From NCBI GenBank assembly GCA_950097015.1, contig CATNEN010000033.1, positions 2,604,001-2,668,000 of the forward strand: 64,000 nucleotides of DNA, given 5' to 3'. Positions 25,565-37,871 of the stretch are shown in pieces. The stretch is from Macrostomum hystrix (Eukaryota > Animalia > Platyhelminthes). A program made the position numbers and the translations under genes. The notes under the pieces were generated by a model. That model saw only the letters and a program-made list of their open reading frames with translations. It was not told the origin of the DNA and ran no database searches. Within the stretch, counting starts at the first letter, position 1, and each line of letters starts with the position of its first letter.

Positions 25565-26190
25565 GAGGGTGGGAAATGAGAGGGTGGGAAATGAGCGGGT
25601 GGGAAATGAGCGGGTGGGAAATGAGAGGGTGGGAAATGAGAGGGTGGGAAATGAGAGGGTGGGAAATAAGCCGGTGGGAAATGAGAGGGTGGGAAATGAG
25701 AGGGTGGGAAATGAGCCGGTGGGAAATGAGAGGGTGGGAAATAAGCCGGTGGGAAATGAGAGGGTGGGAAATGAGAGGGTGGGAAATAAGCCGGTGGGAA
25801 ACGAGCGGGTGGGAAATGAGAGGGTGGGAAATGAGCGGGTGGGAAATGAGAGGGTGGGAAATGAGAGGGTGGGAAATGAGCGGGTGGGAAATGAGCGGGT
25901 GGGAAATGAGAGGGTGGGAAATGAGAGGGTGGGAAATGAGAGGAATGAAGTCTAGGGCAAAATGAGAGGGTGGGAAATAAGCCGGTGGGAAATGAGAGGG
26001 TGGGAAATGAGCGGGTGGGAAATGAGAGGGTGGGAAATGAGAGGGTGGGAAATGAGCGGGTGGGAAATGAGAGGGTGGGAAATGAGCCGGTGGGAAATGA
26101 GAGGGTGGGAAATGAGCCGGTGGGAAATGGCAGGGTGGGAAATGAGCGGGTGGGAAATGACAGGGTGGGAAATGAGCGGGTGGGAAATGA
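25565..26190. repeat. 15-bp G-rich minisatellite (GAGAGGGTGGGAAAT)n
   Basis: Direct inspection; one interruption near 25945-25960. Confidence 0.95.
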
Positions 26191-27254
26191 GGTGAGAAAG
26201 CAGGGGCTAAGACAGCAAGGGTCCCAGGTCAAGCGGGTCAGAGTGCTCAGGGGTGGAGCAGCAGCGGAGGAGTCGGGCTAGACAGAATGAGATACAGAAC
26301 ACCAGCTGAGAGCTGAGCTGTAGATTGTTTCACAATCGCTAGGATAAAACTATTGGAAAGTTGAGGAACATTAAAAATGGGGAAAAGAAACAAAAGCAAG
26401 CGAACAGAAAAAGCAGCAAAAGCATACGGATAGAAATTTGATGATTCGGTAGAGAAAATAGCACCTGAACGAATTAGGAAATGCTCAGTTCCATCAATGC
26501 TTAATTGGGGCTAAAAACAGTCGACCAGCTGCATAGCCAATTAGTTTAGTTGCTAGGGGGGACTTTAAAAAACACAGACAAAGGAGATCATTGTTATAAA
26601 ATAAGCTGAATGTGAATAAAATGGATCGCAACAAAACAAAAAAACGGAATCAAAGCTCGACTTAGCCAAAGATTGCAATCGGCTCTAACAAGACTCGGCT
26701 TAAATATTGGACCAGTTCTGCTTTAACCAGCTTTCAACGAAAAATATAACAGAGTGCAACAGCAAATAACAGAACAAAAATATAACAAAAATAATAACAA
26801 ACAACACAACGCCGATAACAAGTTCTCATTGGTTTGCTGAATTCTCATTGCCAGACTTATTTCAAATTGGTCAATTTTGAGGGTGGATGCGGCTGAATGA
26901 CCGGCCCAGGTGTCATTTCTGTGTGTCTATCTTTTAATTTGATGCTTTTTGTTATAATTTATGGCGCCAATTTGAAACAAGTCTAGGGCAAAAAATTCTA
27001 GGAAAATGGCGACAGGTAAGCGCCAAAAAAGAGAGCCAGACGCCACAGAAAACGTTTGTTTACTAGCTGGCAGTGAGTGAGTAAAAATAGGCCTGGATAT
27101 AATCAGCTGTTTTAACTTGGAAAGCGCATGCAAAAATTAACAAAAAACTTTAAAAAAAAACTGGGCCGCGCCTAGCCGGAAATAAGTGAGGCGTGAACAT
27201 ACAAAAAAACAAATAAACAAACAAAACGCGAGTCCTCATACTCTGATCGCATAC

Positions 27255-30200
27255 TCACTGGTCGGCAACGGCCGACGGACCCGGGGGCAGAAGAAGGCTC
27301 TGCTGCTGCTGCTGCTGCTGCTGGGTCTGCTGCAGGCCGCTGCACCGGTAGATGTAGATCCTGTAGTCCTTGCTAGCCAGCACAATGGACCCATCGTCTA
27401 GCAGGTCGATGTCGAAGCACTGGGCGTGCTTGATTCGCGACTCCAGGGCCTGCACAGGCCGGCCCTCCGGCGTGAAGACGGTCACGTTGAAATTGTTGTG
27501 ATTGTCGGCCACGACAATGTTGCCATCGGAGCGGACTGCCACACCGATGGGGTAGTTGGTAACGCCGCTCATGCCAATCTGGCCCATGTAGGCGCCGTGA
27601 TAGTTGAACACGCGAATGCAGTGGGCGCGATTGTCACTGATGTAGATCCTGTAGTTATTGTCCACCGCGATGCTGTTGGGAAACTGCAGGCGGCTGCACT
27701 TGAAGGTCTTCAGCACGATGCCGCTGGAGTCGAAGATAACAACGCGCATGATTTTGCACTCGATGCAGATCACCCGGCCGTCTCTGTCCACGCAGACTCC
27801 GCGCGGGTGCTGCAGCACGTCGGAGCCGAATTTTCTAAGAAATTCGCCTCGGCGAGTGTACACCTGCACCTGGTGAGTTGGAGATCGCTCGGTTATCACA
27901 ATATTGCCGGTGGCGCGGTGAACCGCCACGCGATTCGGGTACGTGAACTGGCCCTCGCGGCGGCCGTTCTCGCCGAAATGGAATCGCAGCTGGCCAGTGA
28001 CGCTGAACACCTGAATGCGGTGGTTGTTGGTGTCGGCCACAATGATCTCCTGCTCGGCGTTGACGGCTACTCCGCTGGGCTCCGTGAACTGGCCGTCTGT
28101 GAGGCCGAATTCGCCGAATTTCCTGAAAATGGCGACAGGTGAAATGAGTTTCGTCTGGAATATGTTCAGATGCGTATGGGATCTGGGTTGATTGGGATGT
28201 GACATATAGAATCATTGTGACTTGATAGGAGGATCCATGATCAGTGTGGCATGGTATGAGGATCTGGGATCAGTGTGACATGGTATGAGGATCTGGGATC
28301 AGTGTGGCATGGTATGAGGATCTGGGATCAGTGTGGCATGGTATGAGGATCTATGATCAGTGGGGCATGGTATGAGGATGAGGATCTGGGATCATTTTGG
28401 CATGGTATGAGGATCTGGGATCATTGTGGCATGGTATGAGGATCTGGGATCATTGTGGCATGGTATGAGGATCTGGGATCAGTGTGGCATGGTATGAGGA
28501 TCTGGGATCAGTGTGGCATGGTATGAGGATCTGGGATCATTGTGGCATGGTATGAGGATCTGGGATCATTGTGGCATGGTATGAGGATCTGCGATCAAAT
28601 TGTGGCATGGTATGAGGATCTATGATCAGTGGGGCATGGTATGAGGATGAGGATCTGGGATCATTTTGGCATGGTATGAGGATCTGGGATCATTGTGGCA
28701 TGGTATGAGGATCTATGATCAGTGGGGCATGGTATGAGGATTTATGATCAGTGTGGCATGGTATGAGGATCTGGGATCAGTGTGGCATGGTATGAGGATC
28801 TGGGATCAGTGTGACATGGTATGAGGATCTGGGATCAGTGTGGCATGGTATGAGGATCTGGGATCATTGTGGCATGGTATGAGGATCTGGGATCATTGTG
28901 GCATGGTATGAGGATCTGGGATCAAATTGTGGCATGGTATGAGGATCTGGGATCATTGTGGCATGGTATGAGGATCTGGGATCAGTGTGGCATGGTATGA
29001 GGATCTGGGATCATTGTGGCATGGTATGAGGATCTGGGATCAAATTGTGGCATGGTATGAGGATCTGGGATCAGTGTGGCATGGTATGAGGATCTGGGAT
29101 CAGTGTGGCATGGTATGAGGATCTATGATCAGTGGGGCATGGTATGAGGATGAGGATCTGGGATCATTTTGGCATGGTATGAGGATCTGGGATCATTGTG
29201 GCATGGTATGAGGATCTGGGATCAGTGTGGCATGGTATGAGGATCTGGGATCAGTGTGGCATGGTATGAGGATCTGGGATCAGTGTGGCATGGTATGAGG
29301 ATCTGGGATCAAGTGTGGCATGGTATGAGGATCTGGGATCAGTGTGGCATGGTATGAGGATCTGGGATCAGTGTGGCATGGTATGAGGATCTGGGATCAG
29401 TGTGGCATGGTATGAGGATCTGGGATCAGTGTGGCATGGTATGAGGATCTGGGATCAGTGGGGCATGGTATGAGGATCTGGGATCAGTGTGGCATGGTAT
29501 GAGGATCTGGGAAATGTGAGACTAGGCCCTATACTTGAAATATCAGTTCAGCTGAACCCACGTGTGGTACTGAATCCTGGCCCTAGCAACCAGCGGAGCA
29601 GACGGTGAGCTAATGTGCGAGCGAAGAAGGGCCTCAGTCAGCTGCTGATCAATAATGCCCAGCGCCTGGCTCTGCTGCTGCTGAAGTTGCAGCGCCTGTT
29701 GCTGATCGATGAGCTGCTCGATTGCACCAGGCGATATAGGCAAATCCGGCTTGGCCACAATGGCACAGTTGGCAGTGCCGGAGTCCAGAGCAACGGATGC
29801 CGGGTTGCAGTCGCTTCCGTGAGACCAGAGCAAAGCGCCACCGCCGCCACTGAGCTGACTCTGCTGCCGCTGTCGCTTCTGGCGCTGCTGCAGCCCGTCA
29901 GCAGCCAGGAGCAGTGTAGCGGCCGGCTGCAATGGGGCCGAGTTTTCCTTGTCGGCTGTGGCCAGAGTCGGCCAGCAGTTCAGCGAGGCGGACGAAGAGC
30001 TCGGCGCTGGGGCAGCCGCAGTTGTGGGCAGCGAGAGGTCCTCAGCTATGGCTGTCTGCGAACGCTGGTGCTGTTGCTGATGATGGCGGCCTTCGCCAAT
30101 GGCACCGAGAGGATTGCCGGGACGGCCCGTAGCAGCAGCTGCGGCGGCGGCCTGTTGTATCGAAGTGTGTGAAAAATCCCAAATTAGCTTTGATGCCATA

Positions 30201-32873
30201 GTATTAGACTTTTATCATAAACAGAAACGTCCGATGCAGTCATTGATCCCAAATGATCCTAAGCATAAAACATCCCAGGTAGGCTTTGATCCCCAGTAAA
30301 CAGCGCACCTGCATCTGATCTGGCCCGACAATGCTGCCCATGAGTCCCAGGGCGTGCGCTACAATGGACGGCGGCGGCAGATAGGCGACGCACTGGCTGG
30401 GGTCTCTGTCCAGCTCCGGGTAGCGATGCTGCAGCACAGAGTCCAGGGTCGGCTCCAAGGCAGCGTAAAGCTTGGCCCGCTCAGCCGGGGCGGAGTGGGG
30501 TCCCGAGTGCGCGTGCATGAGGGTGTAGTGCCTGGCCAGCAGCTGCATGTCCTGACGGAGCTGCCGCTTGGCTCGGTGCAGCCCGGCACCACAGTCGGCT
30601 GCGCAACGGTTCAGCTCCTGAGTCAGCTGCTGACGACGCTCGGCGATGGCGGTCTGCAGGCAGGGCGAGGTGGCGAAGCCAATGGAAGACAAGCGATTTG
30701 AAAAACGGACTGAAGGAATGCGTAAACTGAACTAGGGGAGGTGGACCTGAAGGAATAAAGGGTAGTGTAACTGAAGGAATAAAGGGTAGTGTACCTGAAG
30801 GAATAAAGGGTAGTGTACCTGAAGGAATAAAGGGTAGTGTACCTGAAGGAATAAAGGGTAGTGTACCTGAAGGAATAAAGGGTAGTGTACCTGAAGGAAT
30901 AAAGGGTAGTGTACCTGAAGGAATAAAGGGTAGTGTACCTGAAGGAATAAAGGGTAGTGAACCTGAAGGAATAAAGGGTAGTGTACCTGAAGGAATAAAG
31001 GGTAGTGGACCTGAAGGAATAAAGGGTAGTGTACCTGAAGGAATAAAGGGTAGTGTACCTGAAGGAATGAAGGGTAGTGTACCTGAAGGAATAAAGGGTA
31101 GTGTACCTGAAGGAATAAAGGGTAGTGTACCTGAAGGAATAAAGGGTAGTGTACCTGAAGGAATAAAGGGTAGTGTACCTGAAGGAATAAAGGGTAGTGT
31201 ACCTGAAGGAATAAAGGGTAGTGTACCTGAAGGAATAAAGGGTAGTGTACCTGAAGGAATAAAGGGTAGTGTACCTGAAGGAATTTTGAAATTGAAGGTA
31301 ACAAACCATGAAGCAATCAATTATTGAAAGACCTGATGAAATCAAGGATTAACAGACCTGATGAAATCAAGGATTAACAGACCTGATGAAATCAAGGAAT
31401 TACAGACCTGATGAAATCAAGGATTAACAGACCTGATGAAATCAAGGATTAACAGACCTGATGAAATCAAGGATTAACAGACCTGATGGAATCAAGGATT
31501 AACAGACCTGATGAAATCAAGAATTAACAGACCTGATGGAATCAAGGATAAACAGAAGTGAAGCAATAAGCAGGCCAAACCTGATATTCCTGGAAGCTGC
31601 GGTCGATCCGCTCGGCGACCTGCTGGCAGGTGTCCAGCAGCTTGGCCTCCCAGTCTGGCAGGGAGTCGAGTGTGCGCTGCACCCAGTCCAGGCGAGTCTT
31701 GGCAGCGTGGCCGGCAGTCTCCAGCTGGGCGGCCTCGCGCTGCAGCATGTTCTGCGTCAGCTGCTTGATGGGGTGGCCGCGGTGCTCGCCGGCCAGGCAC
31801 TCGTCGCAGATTGGCCGGGCGCAGTGGGCGCAGAAGAATGTCAGCGACTGGCGGGTGGGCAAGATGAATTCGAGTGCCGAGTCTAATACGACTAAATTTC
31901 TATTCAGCCCGCATAGTGAGGTTAGAAGTAAACAAAGGTGGTAAACAATTTTCTGTGTCTGAGCTTGTTTCGGTTTGATACGATAATCTGAGGAAGGAAA
32001 ATAGACGATATATCAAGGTGGATATTTGGGATTTGAGGTGGATAGGTTGGATGTCGAGGTGGATAGGTGTGATTTGAGGTGGATAGGTGTGATTTGAGGT
32101 GGATAGGCGGGATTTGAGGTGGATAGGCGGGATTTGAGGTGGATAGGCGGGATTTGAGGTGGATAGGCGGGATTTGAGGTGGATAGGCGGGATTTGAGGT
32201 GGATAGGCGGGATTTGAGGTGGATAGGCGGGATTTGAGGTGGATAAACGGGATTTGAGGTGGATAGGTGAGATTTTGATGTACATAAGTGGTGGGATGCC
32301 AATGAAGATATTTCAGAAAGGTCAGCAAACCTGTGAACGGTGCTCGCTGCACGGCACAGCAGGCTGGCTCTCAGGTGTGGCGGAGCCGGGCGCCAGGCCC
32401 AGGAAACGCTCGCCAGCGAAGTTGCACAGCAGCTTGGCAGCCGGCACCTCAGGCGCGTCCGGACAACGACGGCAGCGATAGGCGGAGCCGCCAGGCAGGC
32501 ACAGGACGGCCAGGCCGGAGTCCAGGCAGGTGTCGCAGTAGTGATGACCGCACGGCAGGATTCGGGTTAGTCGGCGCTGGCTGCAGTAGCCGCAGCTGAC
32601 AGCCCAGCGGAGCATGTCCTCCGGGTTGCGGCAGGCCGACAGGCCGTCAATATCGTCATCGGCGTTGGTATCCTCGGAGTCTGGCGGCATTGCTGACAGC
32701 GGCTGCGGCGGAGAATAAGCAAAGCCGGAGGCCAGAGCGTTGGTGGGGCCGCGCGTGCTGCTAGCCGGGCTGCAGCTTGCGGCTCCGTTGTGGCTGCGGC
32801 CGCCGCCGCTGCTGCTGCCAACGCTGCTGGTGCTGCCGTGGCCGATGCAGCCGATTGACAGCTTAGGGCTCAT
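27255..32873 (-). CDS. brat: Brain tumor (Brat)-type TRIM-NHL protein: RING, B-box, coiled coil, NHL propeller
   Basis: Exons 32873 (acceptor at 32918)-32331, 31847-31581, 30653-30309, 30151-29562, 28122-27255; B-box CSEHRSQ|SLTFFCAHC...CDECLAGEHRGH; NHL YHT|KFGEFG..GQFTEPSGVAVN..IIVADTNNHRIQVF...YPNRVAV...LASKDYRIYIYR matches Brat. Confidence 0.88.
28240..29512. repeat. 29-bp minisatellite (ATGGTATGAGGATCTGGGATCAGTGTGGC)n filling the last brat intron
   Basis: Direct inspection. Confidence 0.95.
30746..31282. repeat. 24-bp minisatellite (CCTGAAGGAATAAAGGGTAGTGTA)n in brat intron
   Basis: About 22 near-identical units. Confidence 0.95.
31330..31555. repeat. 25-bp minisatellite (GACCTGATGAAATCAAGGATTAACA)n in brat intron
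   Basis: About 9 units. Confidence 0.95.
32030..32272. repeat. 20-bp minisatellite (GATTTGAGGTGGATAGGCGG)n in brat intron
   Basis: Direct inspection. Confidence 0.95.
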
Positions 32874-33027
32874 TGGCGTCTGCGCGCCGACGACAGAATA
32901 GGTGCGGCTCTGAGCCTCCTGGAATTAAGCAAGATGGGACTCCGACTCATACAATGGGAATTCGAGTTAATTTAATCCATAACGCAATACAAATGTTGTA
33001 AGTTGTAAGAATAGATTAGTTTAGGCT

Positions 33028-33765
33028 TTTGGATTAGACTGACTCAGGCCTGTGGATTAGATTGACTCAGGCCTGTGGATTAGACTGACTCAGGCCTGTG
33101 GAATAGACTGACTCAGGCCTGTGGATTAGATTGACTCAGGCCTGTGGATTAGATTGACTCAGGTCTGTGGAATAGACTGACTCAGGCCTGTGGATTAGAT
33201 TGACTCAGGCCTGTGGAATAGACTGACTCAGGCCTGTGGATTAGATTGACTCAGGCCTGTGGAATAGACTGACTCAGGCCTGTGGATTAGATTGACTCAG
33301 GCCTGTGGATTAGATTGACTCAGGCCTGTGGAATAAACTGACTCAGGCCTGTGGATTAGATTGACTCAGGCCTGTGGATTAGATTGACTCAGGCCTGTGG
33401 AATAGACTGACTCAGGCCTGTGGATTAGATTGACTCAGGCCTGTGGAATAGACTGACTCAGGCCTGTGGATTAGATTGACTCAGGCCTGTGGATTAGATT
33501 GACTCAGGCCTGTGGATTAGATTGACTCAGGCCTGTGGAATAGACTGACTCAGGCCTGTGGATTAGATTGACTCAGGCCTGTGGAATAGACTGACTCAGG
33601 CCTGTGGATTAGATTGACTCAGGCCTGTGGATTAGATTGACTCAGGCCTGTGGAATAGACTGACTCAGGCCTGTGGAATAAACTGACTTAGGCCTGTGGA
33701 ATAAACTGACTTAGGCCTGTGGGTTAGACTGACTCAGGCCTGTGGATTAGACCGACTCAGGCCTG
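33028..33765. repeat. 23-bp minisatellite (GACTCAGGCCTGTGGATTAGATT)n
   Basis: Direct inspection. Confidence 0.95.
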
Positions 33766-33964
33766 TCAAAAATAATTATGGACCTAAGCCCAATTAAAGA
33801 AAAATTAAAACGGCGCAAACGGCTTAAAGTAGCTTTTTATTTTTTATCATTACATAATTGCATTCACAAAACACGGTATAATTAAAGTTGTCTAGCACAG
33901 TTGAACTTATAATGAGCATTGCAATCTGAATAGGAATACAATAATATAGTGATTCAAAATGCTA

Positions 33965-36862
33965 CTAGTCTGCCGGGTCAAGGCCAAGCAAGTCTGCTGT
34001 CGGACAAGGCGAATTACTGCCAGCTTTGACTGCGCCGCAATGACTGGCGAATGATTCAACAGGCTCAGTCCACACTGCCGGGACCCAATCGCTGCCAACA
34101 TTCTCGTCCAGCTCGGACAGACTATTCCGGCGAGGCCAAACTAGTTGATTAAGGCTTTCGCCGTTGTCGCCAAGGATCGCCGATCTGCATAAGTCCTCTT
34201 GTGAGGCCGAACGCTTCCAGTGACGCAGTAGGGGCTGGGCGGCCGGATCGGCTGGCGGAGGCCCACAGTGCGGTAGGAGGTTGCTGGCTTCGGCGGACGT
34301 ATCAGCTGAGGCCTGGCAGCCTGAGAGCCACCAGCGGGATTCCAGGTAGCGCCAGGCCCTGGTGCGGGATAACAGAGTCTGCGGGCGAAGGAGATGGCTC
34401 AGGATGACAGGATTGCAGGCATTTGAGCTGCCTCAGACCCCCTGATACTCCAGTGAGCTGTCACAGACCCCTGATACTCCAGTGAGCTGTCACAAACCCT
34501 TGATACTCCAGTGAGCTGTCAAAAAACCTTGATACTCCAGTGAGCTGTCAAAAACCCTTGATACTCCACTGAGCTGTCAAAAACCCCTGATACTCCACTG
34601 AGCTGTCACAGACCCCCTGATACTCCAGTGAGCTGTCACAAACCCTTGATACTCCACTGAGCTGTCACAAACCCTTGATACGCCACTGAGCTGTCACAGA
34701 CCCCCTGATACTCCAGTGAGCTGCCACAGACCCTTGATACTCCACTGAGCTGTCACAAACCCTTGATACTCCACTGAGCTGTCACAAACCCTTGATACTC
34801 CAGTGAGCTGTCAAAAACCCTTGATACTCCAGTGAGCTGTCACAGACCCCTGATACTCCACTGAGCTGTCACAAACCCTTGATACTCCAGTGAGCTGTCA
34901 CAAACCCTTAATACTCCAGTGAGCTGTCACAAACACTTAATACTCCAGTGAGCTGTCACAGACCCCTGATACTCCACTGAGCTGTCACAGACCCTTGATA
35001 CTCCACTGAGCTGTCACAAACCCTTGATACTCCACTGAGCTGTCACAAACCCTTGATACTCCAGTGAGCTGTCAAAAAACCCTTGATACTCCAGTGAGCT
35101 GTCAAAGACCCCTGATACTCCACTGAGCTGTCACAAACCCTTGATACTCCAGTGAGCTGTCACAAACCCTTAATACTCCAGTGAGCTGTCAAAAAACCTT
35201 GATACTCCAGTGAGCTGTCACAAACACTTAATACTCCAGTGAGCTGTCACAGACCCCTGATACTCCACTGAGCTGTCACAAACCCTTGATACTCCAGTGA
35301 GCTGTCAAAAAAAACTTGATACTCCAGTGAGCTGTCAAAAACCCTTGATACTCCAGTGAGCTGTCACAAACCCTTGATACTCCAGTGAGCTGTCACAAAC
35401 CCTTGATACTCCAGTGAGCTGTCACAAACCCTTAATACTCCAGTGAGCTGTCAAAAACCCTTGATACTCCAGTGAGCTGTCAAAAACCCTTGATACTCCA
35501 GTGAGCTGTCACAAACCCTTGATACTCCAGTGAGCTGTCACAAACCCTTGATACTCCAGTGAGCTGTCACAAACCCTTAATACTCCAGTGAGCTGTCACA
35601 AACCCTTGATACTCCAGTGAGCTGTCAAAAACCCTTGATACTCCAGTGAGCTGTCAAAAACCCTTGATACTCCAGTGAGCTGTCAAAAAACCCTTGATAC
35701 TCCAGTGAGCTGTCAAAAAACCTTGATACTCCAGTGAGCTGTCAAAAAACCTTGATACTCCAGTGAGCTGTCAAAAACCCTTGATACTCCAGTGAGCTGT
35801 CAAAAAACCTTGATACTCCAGTGAGCTGCCGATGGCCCAACGATCATGTTTTACACCCAACTCATTACAACTTAATGCACAATGCTCGTTCGCATAGAAC
35901 CTTTGTTGTTAGTCACTAACACTAAAGGTGCAAATACAGGAAACTGGGATGTGTGACATATAAAACATACGATTCGAAATTCTACAAAAAATTATTTTCT
36001 CACGGTAAGAAGTGAAGATTTAGTGCAACTAGCTAAGATGAGCTTATAGCAAATGCAAATTCTCAGCTAAGTAATTCGAGCTGGCCGCATATTTGTTATG
36101 TAAGACGCAAAGCTGATGCAAAATAGCAAGCCAGCCTTTCTGGTCACTAAAACTATGTCCATTCGGAACCAATTAAGTGACTAAGAAAGCGGATACAAAG
36201 GGCCACATTCGGCTTATTCTATGCCTAAAAATTAAACAGAAACGTCTTAATAAAGGATCTGGGAGGTTAGTAGACCAATTTGAGGATCTGTTGGAAGGGC
36301 GGCAGTGCCATCTGAGGATCTGTTGGAAGGGCGGCAGTGCCATCTGAGGATCTGCTGGAAGGGCGGCAGTGCCATCTGAGGATCTGCTGGAAGGGCGGCA
36401 GTGCCATCTGAGGATCTGCTGGAAGGGCGGCAGTGCCATCTGAGGATCTGCTGGAAGGGCGGCAGTGCCATCTGAGGATCTGCTGGAAGGGTGGCAGTGC
36501 CATCTGAGGATCTGGGTGGATGGCAGCCCCATCATCAGGATGTCATACAGAGAGCCAAATTGTCTTACCTTCTCAGCTAGGACAGAGGCATCGGAGCCAA
36601 GACAAGTAAGAAGCGAGCCGTCAGTTACCTAAAATTCACAATAGCGAGCTTTACTCTGAAAGCTGCATAGCTTCTTAGACTACAATTGAATGAAAGCATT
36701 AATTCTTACCCTGCGATTCTTGCACGGCAGATCGTCGACAGCCGAGGGCGCCCCATCGTCCCATTCGTCAGGCGCCGACGACGCGGCCGCTTTTGATGGC
36801 GCAGCTACGACCGGCGCTTTTCTTCGAATTCGACCTTTGAAGTAGCTCCAAGTGGACTTCAT
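33965..36862 (-). CDS. Unidentified multi-exon gene (starts MKSTWSYFKGRIRRK)
   Basis: Exon 36862-36710 (AGG|GTAAG), exon 36628-36569 (TTTTAG|...AAG|GTAAG), and a stop-free ~155-codon GC-rich frame from ~34430 to TAG at 33965-33967; the link to the last exon is unresolved. Confidence 0.45.
34436..35828. repeat. 29-bp minisatellite (GATACTCCAGTGAGCTGTCACAAACCCTT)n
   Basis: Direct inspection. Confidence 0.95.
36277..36515. repeat. 32-bp minisatellite (GAGGATCTGCTGGAAGGGCGGCAGTGCCATCT)n
   Basis: About 7 units. Confidence 0.95.
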
Positions 36863-37599
36863 GTTTCAGATGCAGTATATGTATGTATTATTTAGCAAGG
36901 ACTGGAATCACTTGGCTCAGCCATTTCATGTGGGACAAATGCAGCGAGACTTTATAGATACGAGATCCTCCTCACAAGCAATTCGCATGCGAATTCCAAT
37001 GCCTCTGCTGAATATCTGACCCATGACTTCTACAGAAAATAGCTGCAGTAGCAGCTAAGGCAGTGAAGTGAGTCAGCCAATTCACTGCTAAAAATCGATA
37101 CTTATTTTGTTCCAATGGCTTTTAGTAGATCAACCGAAGCTGTTATATATATATTAAGTGTGTTGGGGAAAGGAGATATGAGCTGCTTTGAGCAATCGAT
37201 TAAATGTCTTTGCACCCTGCTCGATATTAGAATCCATGAACGAAAGCTCCAGCTGTGTGCATGTACAAACGAGTAGTACGAGTACAAAAACGAAATCCGT
37301 CAGAAAATATCTCTATATGTTGCATGATCTTTATACAGACTAGTATTGATCATTTCATCTCGGTTTTTTCGTAGCTAATAATCTGATAATGCAGATCAAA
37401 GTCAGATTTTGACATTCAAAATTATAGCTCAGTGTTCAGTTTGATTGGACTGGAAAAATCGTCATCAAATGACACAACTGAGTCCTGTTCGAATATTGCA
37501 GTTTTAGCCAATACAATCTACTTGAGACATAATGCTACGTAGTGTTGTAAACTTTCTACAAGAAAAAACTATTCTTATTGCTACTTGTAGCTACTTAAA

Positions 37600-37871
37600 C
37601 ATACATGCGCAACACCCGGCCGACCCGGCCGAGTGAAACGAGGGCCAAGCAAGGTAAGTCGCAAAAACCAATCGACCAAGCGCAAAAAAATCAAAGGGGG
37701 GACCAAGGGACAAAAAAGGAAGGCGGGAAGAAAAGGAAAAAGGGGAGAGAAAAAGAGAGCAAATGAGAGCAAACTAAGTCATAAATAGAGCAATGAAACG
37801 AACTAAGTCGCAAATGAGAGCAAAAACTAAGTCGCACGGCCGGCTAAGATTTGGGAGGTTGTGCATGTATG
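37600..37871. mobile_element. MITE copy A, 14-bp TIR CATACATGYGCAAC, 8-bp TSD
   Basis: TSD TACTTAAA at 37592-37599 and 37872-37879; CA...TG termini. Confidence 0.9.

Noticed and set aside
25498-26281. Multiple ORFs (GNERV)n, (MRGWE)n, (FPPSH)n
   Set aside because: All frames open because of a 15-bp repeat
27002-28140. 16-bp direct repeat GAAAATGGCGACAGGT at 27002 and 28125 flanking the brat NHL exon
   Set aside because: One 16-mer match in 64 kb is roughly expected by chance; no other sign of exon mobilisation
27426-28142. 238-aa plus-strand ORF
   Set aside because: Antisense shadow of the GC-rich brat NHL exon
30481-31345. Three overlapping long minus ORFs
   Set aside because: Products of the 24-bp intronic repeat
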